Below, in pieces: positions 20,060 to 28,808 of a stretch of 37,507 nt of DNA. Numbering within the stretch: the stretch's first letter is position 1; every line of letters begins with the position of its first letter. Below the pieces are notes generated by a model that searched no databases, was not told where the DNA came from, and was given only the letters and a program-made list of their open reading frames with translations. Both the position numbers and the translations under genes were made by a program. The stretch is from an uncultured Thermoanaerobacterales bacterium (GTDB lineage Bacteria > Bacillota > Clostridia > Christensenellales > UBA1242), in contig CATKXA010000002.1 in the NCBI GenBank assembly GCA_949840475.1, positions 1 to 37,507 of the forward strand, given 5' to 3'.

Positions 20060-20962
20060 ATGAAATGTTTATTCATTTATAATAAAGAGAGCGGTAAGGG
20101 CAAAATAGAAAAATATAAAGACTACATTTTGAAAAGCTTACAAAAAAAGTTTGGCGAAATTGAAGTCGTTTCCACCACTTATGCGGGGCATGCTACAGTG
20201 CTTGCAAGTAAAGCCAAAGAAAACTATGATTATCTGTTTGTTGCTGGCGGCGATGGCACATTGAACGAGGTGGTTAACGGCCTTGGTGGCAAGGTTCAAA
20301 AACCAATTATTGGCTATATTCCAACAGGAACGGTCAATGACGTCGCTCACTCTCTTAAAATTAGTAAAAACATAAAAAGAGCTGTTAAAACAATAGTAAC
20401 TGGCGAGCCTTTTGCTCATGACATATTTAAAGTTAATGACAAATACGGAATATACGTTTGTTGTGCCGGCTTATTCACAAAATCTAGTTATACGGCTGAA
20501 AGGAATGTTAAAAAAGCCATAGGCAAATCGGCGTACTTTTTTAAAGGGGCAAGGGAGCTGTTTGATACAAAGCCGGTTGACATAGTTTTAAAATCAGGCG
20601 AACTAGAAGTAAAGCAGAGCGTTGCACTTATGCTAGTGCTAAACTCGAGGTATGTGGCTGGGTTTAGAGCCAATAAAGATGCGTCACTAAACGACGGGTT
20701 AGTAGATGTTGTGCTTGTGCCATGTAATGAAAATAAGATTAAAGCCAAGCCTATTTTTAAAATTGCTAAGCTTTTCACACTTGGTATCAATTATCTTGCT
20801 AAAAGAGGCGAGGTTATTCACTTTGCTTTGCCAAGCTTTACTCTAGAAACTAGCGAAGCAACATCTATAAATTTAGACGGCGAAAAGAGCGGTCAAGGCA
20901 CTTTTGAGTTTACAATGATACAAAAGGCTGTTAAAATATTAGTTACAAAAGGTAAAAAATAA
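20060..20962 (+). CDS. Diacylglycerol-kinase-family lipid kinase (YegS/BmrU/DgkB type)
   Basis: 300 aa. IYNKESGKGK near the N-terminus, FVAGGDGTLNEVVNGL (GGDGT motif), IGYIPTGTVNDVAHSL. Confidence 0.9.
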   Translation: MKCLFIYNKESGKGKIEKYKDYILKSLQKKFGEIEVVSTTYAGHATVLASKAKENYDYLFVAGGDGTLNEVVNGLGGKVQKPIIGYIPTGTVNDVAHSLKISKNIKRAVKTIVTGEPFAHDIFKVNDKYGIYVCCAGLFTKSSYTAERNVKKAIGKSAYFFKGARELFDTKPVDIVLKSGELEVKQSVALMLVLNSRYVAGFRANKDASLNDGLVDVVLVPCNENKIKAKPIFKIAKLFTLGINYLAKRGEVIHFALPSFTLETSEATSINLDGEKSGQGTFEFTMIQKAVKILVTKGKK

Positions 20963-22902
20963 TGGAAAAGGAAGTAAAACTTAGTCACATACTAAAACCG
21001 ATATACTTTGTCGTGTTTGCCATTTTGCTTGAAATGGTCAATTTTTTGTGGCTTGGTTTTAAGGTCACTGGCAATGCACAAATGGCTCAGATTTTACCTA
21101 AGTACTTCTTTTTAGATTTTGGTGTTATTATGTTTTTTGCAGGCATTGTGTTCTTGTCTAAACGCTGGCTTGCAAATGTTGCAATGTACTTAATTGTTGC
21201 ACTGCAAGCGTTTGTTAACATGGTTAATGCAACGCTTTACAAAGTTTTTGGCGATATCTTTAGCTTTGATATGATGAAACTTGGGCAAGAGGCAGTGTCT
21301 GCTTTTAAGTTTGAATTTTTAGACTTTGCGGCTATAATTGTCAATATTTTAATAATTGCTGCATTGATTACTTTGCAAGTAGTATTAGATAGAAAGCTCA
21401 AAAAGACTGTCACACTCAAAAGAATGAACAGGTTTGCACTTTTATTAGTAATGTTTTTTGCTTGCTGGCTAACAGCAGGTGTGAGCTACTTAACTCAAAC
21501 ACTTACTTTTTATGATACTGAAACCTCTGTAAAAGTTGCCGAGAGCGATAAGTATCTTTGGGACAATATGCACTTTAAGTTTGAAGCTTATAAAAAGTTC
21601 GGTACGTGGGGCTTTTATACAAAGAGTATCATGAACATGATACACAAAAAAGAAGATTACGACGAAAATAAAAGAAGCGACCTTTTGAAGAATTTAGACG
21701 TTTCAAAAGTCAAAGAAAACCCCGATGCTCTTTTATATGATGATAACTTAATTGTCATTATGCTTGAAAGCTTTGAGTGGTTTGCAATAGACCCATTCAA
21801 TACTCCAACTTTGTGGGAAATTCGTACGCAAACTGGAGTGTCGCTTGAAAACTTCCATAGCAAGAACAAAACCAATGTTAGCGAAGGCATAGGCATAATG
21901 GGAAACATGCCAAAAGATACAAGCATGGTTTCTCTTGCAAGAAATGGCTACTTAAATACGCCATATACCTTGCCTAATTTGTTTAAAAGCAGAGATTATA
22001 CAGCTAACTATTTCCATTCTTATCAAAAGACTTTCTATGATAGAAACATTGTCAATGCTGGTATGGGTTTTGAAAATGTTTACGGAATTGAAGACGCAGA
22101 TATTGAAAATAAAAGCACTTCTTTTAACGATTGGAACCTTGAAACTGATTATGTTAAAGCCATGATAGAAAAACTCTGCCCAAAAGACCAAAAGTTTATG
22201 TCATTTTATACAACGGTTGCTACTCATGGAACTTATGACAGAACAAACGAGCGTTTCAAGGAACATTACCTTGAGTATGATGCAAATTTAGAAAACTATA
22301 AAGAGTGGCTTGAAAAAAACACTTCTTATGTTTATCCAAAGAATGAGGACCTCGAAAAGTACTATAGACAATATAAGTGTGCAGCAATGGATACTGACCG
22401 CATGGTTGAGTATTTGATTACTTATCTTCGCGATAATGGCATGCTTGAAAACACATCTATTGTGATGTATGCTGACCATAACTGCTATTACGAGGACATG
22501 TACTTTAATATCAAAGGCACCGATAAAACTGACTATTATGATATTTATAACTATAACGTTCCTTGCTTGATTTATTCAACCAAACTCGAGAATCAAATTG
22601 TGAATGACTTTACTAACACATACGATATTTATCCAACAATCTGCGAGTTGTTTGGCTTGCCATACAATAAAACTTTAACACAAGGCTACAATGTTTTTTC
22701 TGAAGACATAAAAGATACTGTTATGGTTTCACATATATCTGGTATTTTTAATGAGCATTTCTATACCCTAAATATTGTAGACATGCATGTATCAGGCAAC
22801 GTAAGTCAAGACGATTTATTCTCCTTTAAACGCAATGCGTGTAGGTTTTATGAGAAGCAGGGGGATATTGAGTTAATCTACAAACACGGCCTCGCAGTTT
22901 AA
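20962..22902 (+). CDS. LTA-synthase-family sulfatase (N-terminal polytopic membrane domain plus extracytoplasmic sulfatase domain)
   Basis: 646 aa. About 5 N-terminal TM helices, then LIVIMLESFEWFAI and later YADHNCYY, typical of LtaS/sulfatase folds. The start overlaps the upstream stop (TAATG at 20960-20964). Confidence 0.85.
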   Translation: MEKEVKLSHILKPIYFVVFAILLEMVNFLWLGFKVTGNAQMAQILPKYFFLDFGVIMFFAGIVFLSKRWLANVAMYLIVALQAFVNMVNATLYKVFGDIFSFDMMKLGQEAVSAFKFEFLDFAAIIVNILIIAALITLQVVLDRKLKKTVTLKRMNRFALLLVMFFACWLTAGVSYLTQTLTFYDTETSVKVAESDKYLWDNMHFKFEAYKKFGTWGFYTKSIMNMIHKKEDYDENKRSDLLKNLDVSKVKENPDALLYDDNLIVIMLESFEWFAIDPFNTPTLWEIRTQTGVSLENFHSKNKTNVSEGIGIMGNMPKDTSMVSLARNGYLNTPYTLPNLFKSRDYTANYFHSYQKTFYDRNIVNAGMGFENVYGIEDADIENKSTSFNDWNLETDYVKAMIEKLCPKDQKFMSFYTTVATHGTYDRTNERFKEHYLEYDANLENYKEWLEKNTSYVYPKNEDLEKYYRQYKCAAMDTDRMVEYLITYLRDNGMLENTSIVMYADHNCYYEDMYFNIKGTDKTDYYDIYNYNVPCLIYSTKLENQIVNDFTNTYDIYPTICELFGLPYNKTLTQGYNVFSEDIKDTVMVSHISGIFNEHFYTLNIVDMHVSGNVSQDDLFSFKRNACRFYEKQGDIELIYKHGLAV

Positions 22903-23215
22903 AGCACAACCGCTGCGTCGTTACTGCCATGATAAGCCACACAGTCATTTATAAAAATAAACTCCTGCGTGACTTATCAAGGCGAGCCTAGCATCGCCAG
23001 CACTTTAAACCGCGAGGAGTATAGTACTTTGGCATGCGTCAATTCACCTAGCGAGCCTAGCCCTTGAAGCAATTTAGCTCGCCAAACATAGTAATAAACT
23101 TTTCGTGACTTATCAAGGCGAGCCTAGCCCTTGAAGCAATTTAGCCCACCAAACGAAGGAATGAACTTATGCGAAAAGTTCGTTTTGAGCCTAGTGCTAA
23201 AAGAAGTTTGGGCTT
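22890..23215. repeat. GC-rich non-coding block of degenerate ~60-70-bp tandem units with nested inverted repeats
   Basis: Perfect 25-nt direct repeat cgtgacttatcaaggcgagcctagc at 22968-22992 and 23104-23128. Perfect 28-nt direct repeat gcgagcctagcccttgaagcaatttagc at 23051-23078 and 23118-23145. gagcctag occurs 4 times (starting 22984, 23053, 23120, 23187). An 18-nt inverted repeat (22890-22907 vs 23000-17, 15/18) spans the ltaS-like stop codon. Hand count for 22961-23060 gives 52% GC. Confidence 0.8.
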
Positions 23216-23269
23216 TTAAAAAAGTAAAAGCAAATGTAAACTTTTAAAGTTTAAATTTTAAATTTGTAT

Positions 23270-23295
23270 AGCTCCTTATAAAGGGGCTTTTTTTA
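23270..23295 (+). terminator. Rho-independent terminator upstream of dnaB
   Basis: agctcctt ata aaggggct (one G-U pair) followed by ttttttt. Confidence 0.7.
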
Positions 23296-23331
23296 TTATA
23301 TATTTTGTATTAACGATTAAGTTTAATGGGC

Positions 23332-23360
23332 TTGACAATAAGTCGTTTTAATTTTATACT
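23332..23360 (+). promoter_or_regulatory. Candidate sigma-70 promoter for dnaB-glnS
   Basis: TTGACA (23332-23337), 17 nt, TATACT (23355-23360). Confidence 0.5.
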
Positions 23361-23396
23361 TTTATAATAAAGTATAAAAGAGTTTAGGGGTTTAAA

Positions 23397-24854
23397 ATGG
23401 CTACTAAAAACAAAAGAGAAACAAATGAAAATGCAAGAGTTTTACCAAATAACCTTGAAGCAGAGCAAGCGGTACTTTGCTGTTTAATGACGGATAATGA
23501 AGCTGCCATTAATATTGTTGCAAAACTTGAACCCGCAGATTTTTATTCAGAAGCACATAAAACTATTTTTGAAGCGGCTGTAAACCTATATAGAAAAAAT
23601 AAACCTATTGATATAGTACTACTTACTGATGAGCTTGAAACAAAAGACCAACTAGCAAATGTTGGTGGTGTTTCCTACCTTACAAGCCTAACAAACACAT
23701 TGCCAAGCTCTGCTTACTACCAAAGCTATGTGGATATTGTTAAGAAAAATTCAGTGCTTCGTCAACTTATTGAAGCATCTAGCAGAATTATCCAAAACGC
23801 ATATAGTTCAGACAGTGATGATGCGTTGGGCTTTGCTGAAAAAGCTATTTTTGAGATAGCTGAAAAGGGTCAGGTGTCAGCACTTGAAAGTTTGGCTGAA
23901 AGCTTAACTGAAGTTATGGAAAAATTTGAAGATATCCATAAAGACGGCGGGAATGTCAAAGGCGTTCCAACTGGATTTTATCAACTTGACCGCATGACAA
24001 ACGGACTACAAAAGTCTGACCTTATACTAATTGCAGCACGTCCGTCAGTAGGTAAAACCTCACTTGCAATGAACATTGTTACAAATGCAGCACTCGAAGG
24101 CAATGCAAAGTGTGCTGTATTCTCTCTTGAAATGAGCAAAGACCAGCTCGCACAAAGAATGCTATGCTCTGTTGCAAATGTTGATATGACGAAAGCCCTT
24201 CATAGCGAACTAACTGAAGCTGATTGGTCAAAGCTTTGGAAAGCACACCAAAAGTTATCTAATTGTAAAATCTATGTTGACGATTCTTCGCTAAATCGTC
24301 CGTCGCAGATTTTATCAAAATGCAGAAAGTTAAAGCGTGAGCGTGGACTTGACCTTATAATGATTGACTACTTGCAACTTATGAGTGGCGACACAAAGAG
24401 CGACAATCGTCAAGGCGAAATTAGTGAAATTTCAAGAAAGATGAAAATTTTGGCAAAAGAAATCAATGTTCCAGTTATTGTGCTTTCACAAATGTCACGT
24501 GCTGTTGAACAAAGAACTAATAAATTGCCAGTACTATCCGACCTTAGAGAGTCTGGTGCGATCGAGCAAGACGCGGATATTGTTATGTTTATCCATCGTC
24601 CAGACCTTCCAAATGCAGGAAGTGAAGACAAAGAAAGACCAAAGGATTATCAAGTTCAGCTAATTTTAGCAAAACACAGAAATGGTGAGCTAGGTTCAAT
24701 TCCTCTTGGCTGGGTTGGAAGTCGTGTTAGCTTTGTCAACCTAACAAAAGATGCTAATGAAAAGAGTATAATCGATGCGTACGAGAACATGCACGCACCA
24801 AAAGAGATTTCTGAAGCAAAAGATATTGCAGATATAGACGATATCTTTGATTAA
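23397..24854 (+). CDS. dnaB: Replicative DNA helicase DnaB
   Basis: 485 aa. LPNNLEAEQAVLCCLM N-terminal signature, Walker A AARPSVGKTSLAMN, IMIDYLQLM, VLSQMSRAVEQR, LRESGAIEQDADIVMFIHR. Confidence 0.97.
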   Translation: MATKNKRETNENARVLPNNLEAEQAVLCCLMTDNEAAINIVAKLEPADFYSEAHKTIFEAAVNLYRKNKPIDIVLLTDELETKDQLANVGGVSYLTSLTNTLPSSAYYQSYVDIVKKNSVLRQLIEASSRIIQNAYSSDSDDALGFAEKAIFEIAEKGQVSALESLAESLTEVMEKFEDIHKDGGNVKGVPTGFYQLDRMTNGLQKSDLILIAARPSVGKTSLAMNIVTNAALEGNAKCAVFSLEMSKDQLAQRMLCSVANVDMTKALHSELTEADWSKLWKAHQKLSNCKIYVDDSSLNRPSQILSKCRKLKRERGLDLIMIDYLQLMSGDTKSDNRQGEISEISRKMKILAKEINVPVIVLSQMSRAVEQRTNKLPVLSDLRESGAIEQDADIVMFIHRPDLPNAGSEDKERPKDYQVQLILAKHRNGELGSIPLGWVGSRVSFVNLTKDANEKSIIDAYENMHAPKEISEAKDIADIDDIFD

Positions 24855-24868
24855 AAATAGGAGAAACA

Positions 24869-26548
24869 ATGAAAAAAGCAACGCCAATCGAGGCTACAAA
24901 CTTTATAGAACAAGAAATAAATAAAGATATTCTAGCAGGAAAAATAAACGGTGGAATCCAAACCCGCCACCCACCAGAGCCAAGTGGATACTTGCATATT
25001 GGTCACGCCAGAAACATTTATATAAATTATGGCACAGCACTTAAATATGGTGGTGTGTGCAATCTTAGATATGATGATACAAACCCGCTCAAAGAGAAGC
25101 AGGAGTTTGTTGATGCGTTGCAAGAAGACGTATTGTGGCTAGGATATAAATGGGATAACATTTATTATGCAACAGATTATTTTCAGCAAAATTATGAGAT
25201 TGCTGTTAAGCTAATTAAAGAGGGCAAGGCATATGTGTGCGACTTGTCTCCCGAAGAGCTTTCAGCATATAGAGGTACATTAACAGAGCCTGGCAAAAAT
25301 AGTCCTTATCGTGATCGCTCAATCGAAGAGAATCTTGATTTATTTGAACGCATGAAAAACGGCGAGTTCGAAATGGGCGAAAGATGTTTAAGAGCCAAGA
25401 TTGACATGGCGTCACCTAATATGAATATGCGTGACCCTGTTATATATCGAATTCAATATCTTGACCACCAAAGAATAGGCAGAAGCTGGAATATATATCC
25501 TTCTTACGATTTTTCGCATCCACTTGATGACTGCATAGAAGGCGTAACCCATTCAATATGTGGTCTTGAGTTTGAAGACCATAGGCCACTTTACAATTGG
25601 GTTGTGGAAAACAGTGGACTTAAAAATCATTCACGTCAAATTGAATATTCAAATCTACTTATTAGAGGAGAATTGTCAGGAAAGCGTAATATTAAAAAGC
25701 TAGTCGAAGAGGGTGTTGTTTGTGGTTGGGATGACCCAAGGCTTATGACGCTCAGGGGCTTAAGAAGACGCGGTGTCTTGCCAGAAAGTTTGATAGATTT
25801 TGTCAAGGCTGCGGGCTTTGCAAAGACTACTACTATTTGCGAAAGAAGCATGCTTGACTACTTTATTAGAAACACGTTAAATGAAAAGTCAAAAAGGGTT
25901 ATGGCTATTTTAAAACCAGTTAAGTTAACCATTACAAACTATGAGGGCGATGGCGAGTCTATCGAACTTGTTAACTATCCACAAAACGAACAATCATCTA
26001 AGCGTAATTATGTGTTTGGTAAAAACCTCTATGTTGAAAGTACCGACTTTATGAAAGAGCCGGATAAAAAGTTCCATAGGCTTTATGTTGGAAATGAGGT
26101 TCGTTTGAGTGGTGCTTATATAATTAAGTGCACTGGTTTTGATGAAGACGCTGACGGTAATGTTGTAGAAATTTTTGCAGAGTATGATAAAGATACTAAG
26201 TCAGGAACTGAAGGTGCTAATCGTAAGGTTAAAGGAACTATTCACTGGCTCAATGCAGAGCATGCAAAACAATGTGAGGTAAGAACATACTCTAATTTGC
26301 TTGCTGACGAAAATGACGAGATTTCTAGTGAAAGAACTGAAATAGGCGATATTGTAATAAATCCACATTCAGTTGATATAAACAAGAATGCTTTTATTGA
26401 ATCGAATGTAAATTATACTTTAGAAGAAAGATATCAATTTGTCCGTAATGGTTATTATGCGTTAGACAATGTTGATTCTAGCAAAAATCATTTGGTATTC
26501 AACCAGGTTGTAGGATTAAAAGGCAGTTATAAACCAGAAGGTAATTAA
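24869..26548 (+). CDS. glnS: Glutamine--tRNA ligase (class I)
   Basis: 559 aa. FIEQEINKDI...TRHPPEPSGYLHIGHARN (HIGH), NLRYDDTNP, a LSGKR (MSK-like) motif and C-terminal anticodon-binding beta-barrels. SD aggag lies 14 nt after the dnaB stop. Confidence 0.93.
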   Translation: MKKATPIEATNFIEQEINKDILAGKINGGIQTRHPPEPSGYLHIGHARNIYINYGTALKYGGVCNLRYDDTNPLKEKQEFVDALQEDVLWLGYKWDNIYYATDYFQQNYEIAVKLIKEGKAYVCDLSPEELSAYRGTLTEPGKNSPYRDRSIEENLDLFERMKNGEFEMGERCLRAKIDMASPNMNMRDPVIYRIQYLDHQRIGRSWNIYPSYDFSHPLDDCIEGVTHSICGLEFEDHRPLYNWVVENSGLKNHSRQIEYSNLLIRGELSGKRNIKKLVEEGVVCGWDDPRLMTLRGLRRRGVLPESLIDFVKAAGFAKTTTICERSMLDYFIRNTLNEKSKRVMAILKPVKLTITNYEGDGESIELVNYPQNEQSSKRNYVFGKNLYVESTDFMKEPDKKFHRLYVGNEVRLSGAYIIKCTGFDEDADGNVVEIFAEYDKDTKSGTEGANRKVKGTIHWLNAEHAKQCEVRTYSNLLADENDEISSERTEIGDIVINPHSVDINKNAFIESNVNYTLEERYQFVRNGYYALDNVDSSKNHLVFNQVVGLKGSYKPEGN

Positions 26549-26655
26549 TATTAATTGTGATAGGGTAAATAATTGTTGTATTTTTTATCTAGCGAATTTC
26601 TAGAGTTTAATATTCTATAAAATTATATTAAATCTGTCGGACTAAAGGAGTTAAA

Positions 26656-28488
26656 ATGATTACAAGTAAACAGCTAAGAGAAGCTTGGCTAAACTTTTAT
26701 AAAGAAAGAGGACATGAAGACATCGGGGCAGTGTCACTTATTGGCGACGGCTCAACTGGTGTTATGTTCAATGTTGCGGGCATGCAACCTTTGATGCCTT
26801 ATCTCCTTGGTGCAAAGCATCCAAGTGGTAAAACAAGGCTTTGCAATGTGCAGGGTTGCGTAAGGACTGTTGATATTGAAGCAGTTGGCGATGAAAGTCA
26901 TTTTACTTTTTTTGAGATGATGGGCAACTGGAGTTTGGGCGATTATTTCAAAGAAGAAAAAACCAAATGGACTTTTGATTTTTTAACAAAGGTTATTGGC
27001 TTTGATAAAAATAAGATCTGCTCAACAGTGTTTGCTGGTAACGATGCTGTGGCTCGTGACGACGAGGCTGTAAATTGCCTTATAAAAGCGGGTGTTAAAA
27101 AAGAAAATATATTTTATCTAAAAGACAACTGGTGGGAGCTTGAGGGTACTGTGAACACTCCATGCGGGCCAGATAACGAGTGGTTCTATCCTCGTCATGA
27201 CAAGCCATGTAGTGACCATTGCGACGCTACTTGCGAATGTGGCAGATGGGTTGAAGTCGGTAATGATGTTTATATGCAGTATAAAAAGCTTGAGGGGGAA
27301 AAGTTTGAGCCTCTAAAGAACAAAAATGTTGACACTGGCTTTGGTTTTGAGAGATTGCTCATGTATGTTAATGGGCTTACAGATGGCTACACAACAGACC
27401 TTTTTGCAGGCGTTATTAACTACATGTCTAAAAAGCTTGGTGTAAGCTATGGCGACGACAAAGATATTACTAAATCCATGCGTGTTATTGCTGACCATAT
27501 GCGTACAACTGTTATGCTTATTGGCGACATTAATGGAATATTGCCAAGCAATGTTGGTGCTGGTTATATTTTGCGTAGGATTATGCGTAGAGCAATCCGT
27601 CACGCCAAAAAGATTGGGCTTATTGGCGAGGATCTACTAAACATTTGTAGAATATATATTGAAGAAGTTTACAATGAGGCTTATCCATTGCTTGTTGAAA
27701 AGAAAGATTATATTTTATCTAGCATAACAGCAGAGTTTGATAAGTTTAGCAAAACCATAGAAACTGGGCTTAAAGAATTTGATAAACTTGTTAATGGTAT
27801 TTATAGAAAACAAGAGTTTATGAAAAAGTCTAACCCTAACTATGTTGTAACTGATGAGGACAATACCATTAGCGGTAAAGCTGCTTTTAGGCTATATGAA
27901 ACTTATGGTTTCCCTGTGGAAATGACAGAGGAACTTGCAAGCGAAAAAGGTTTAAGCGTTGATTTAAACGGCTACAAGCAGGCGGAAAAAGAGCATCAAG
28001 AGTTGGCTCGTGCCAATGCTCAAAATGCTAAGAGTGGTCTTGCGTCATCTGGCGAAATTGAAACTAAATACCATACAGCAACACATCTTTTGAATGCGGC
28101 ACTTAAAAAGGTAGTTGGCGAAACTTCGCACCAAATGGGTTCAAACATAAATGCTGAGCGTCTTCGTTTTGACTTTGCTTGTGACCACAAACTTTCTGAG
28201 CAAGAAATTAAAAAGGTCGAAGAAATTGTTAATAACTGGATCAGCCAAGACTTAGTGGTTACAAAAGAAGAGATGACTAAGCAAAAAGCTGTGGAAATTG
28301 GTGCAGAACATCAGTTTATTGAAAGGTATCCAGACATTGTATCAGTTTTTACAATAGGTGATGCATCAAAAGAAATATGTACAGGCCCTCACGTTAAATC
28401 CACAAAGGAGCTTGGGGTGTTTAAGATTAAGAAGGAGGAGGCGTCGTCTGCCGGCGTCCGCCGAATAAAGGCTCAACTTCAACCTTAG
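26656..28488 (+). CDS. alaS: Alanine--tRNA ligase, short form (610 aa): catalytic, tRNA-recognition and minimal editing core; no C-Ala domain
   Basis: MFNVAGMQPL, FFEMMGNWSLGDYFK, GFGFERLLMYVNG, GYILRRIMRRAIRHA, LYETYGFPVEMT. Editing-site HTATHLL and CTGPHV, ending in AGVRRIKAQLQP*. The stop is followed within about 20 nt by a terminator. Confidence 0.93.
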   Translation: MITSKQLREAWLNFYKERGHEDIGAVSLIGDGSTGVMFNVAGMQPLMPYLLGAKHPSGKTRLCNVQGCVRTVDIEAVGDESHFTFFEMMGNWSLGDYFKEEKTKWTFDFLTKVIGFDKNKICSTVFAGNDAVARDDEAVNCLIKAGVKKENIFYLKDNWWELEGTVNTPCGPDNEWFYPRHDKPCSDHCDATCECGRWVEVGNDVYMQYKKLEGEKFEPLKNKNVDTGFGFERLLMYVNGLTDGYTTDLFAGVINYMSKKLGVSYGDDKDITKSMRVIADHMRTTVMLIGDINGILPSNVGAGYILRRIMRRAIRHAKKIGLIGEDLLNICRIYIEEVYNEAYPLLVEKKDYILSSITAEFDKFSKTIETGLKEFDKLVNGIYRKQEFMKKSNPNYVVTDEDNTISGKAAFRLYETYGFPVEMTEELASEKGLSVDLNGYKQAEKEHQELARANAQNAKSGLASSGEIETKYHTATHLLNAALKKVVGETSHQMGSNINAERLRFDFACDHKLSEQEIKKVEEIVNNWISQDLVVTKEEMTKQKAVEIGAEHQFIERYPDIVSVFTIGDASKEICTGPHVKSTKELGVFKIKKEEASSAGVRRIKAQLQP

Positions 28489-28504
28489 AGCTATGTTAAC
28501 TATA

Positions 28505-28556
28505 AAAATCCGAAATAATCATTTACGCAAGTAAACTCATGCTTCGGATTTTTTTG
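28505..28556 (+). terminator. Rho-independent terminator of alaS
   Basis: atccgaa (28508-14) pairs with ttcggat (28543-49). The loop holds an inner tttac/gtaaa hairpin. Followed by tttttt. Confidence 0.75.
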
Positions 28557-28598
28557 TTGCCTTGCTCTAAAGTCAAATTTGAGCCTTTATTACATTAA
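28547..28598 (+). repeat. Direct repeat module A (~50 nt, partner at 28800-28850)
   Basis: ggattttttt..ccttgctctaaaGtcaaat..gcctttatta. The core at 28560-28578 matches 28816-28834 at 18/19 positions. Confidence 0.8.
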
Positions 28599-28638
28599 AA
28601 CAGTGCTTCAAGCCTAGAGCGTTGTCAACTTCAAAAAA

Positions 28639-28808
28639 GCCAGACAGGGGAATATGTAAAGAATATAAAGGGTACCCAAAAGTAAACGGGGGTCCCTTTT
28701 ATTTTTGGGAGAGGAGGAGTCGCATGAAAAAAGAGTGTAATTTTGCGAAAAGCAAAATGAGCGAAAATTAAATGCGAACTCGGACGATGCCCCGTGCCTG
28801 GATTTTTT
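28639..28808 (+). ncRNA. Candidate structured small RNA (~170 nt) carrying a 15-codon mini-ORF
   Basis: Closing helix gccagacagggg (28639-50) with ccccgtgcctgg (28790-801), then a U-tract at 28803-08. Internal hairpin at 28667-28699. Helix agtcgcat (28718-25) with atgcgaact (28772-80) encloses hairpin tttgc gaaaa gcaaa (28742-56). AGGAGG (28712-17), 6 nt, then ATG at 28724 gives MKKECNFAKSKMSEN* (28724-28771). Confidence 0.3.

Noticed and set aside
22931-22945. DnaA-box-like sequence (tgtggcttatc on the minus strand), hinting at an origin near dnaB.
   Set aside because: There is a single imperfect match to TTATCCACA, no cluster of boxes, no adjacent AT-rich unwinding element, and the neighbouring gene is dnaB rather than dnaA.
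22960-23200. Possible degenerate CRISPR array (gagcctag-containing units spaced 59-69 bp apart).
   Set aside because: The units are chimeric and unequal: a 25-mer and a 28-mer are shared in different combinations. There is no constant repeat alternating with unique spacers, only about 3.5 units, and no cas genes nearby.
22960-23396. Type III toxin-antitoxin (ToxI-like tandem RNA repeats followed by a terminator and a toxin gene).
   Set aside because: The gene downstream of the repeats and terminator is a bona fide dnaB with its own promoter, not a ToxN/AbiE-type endoribonuclease.
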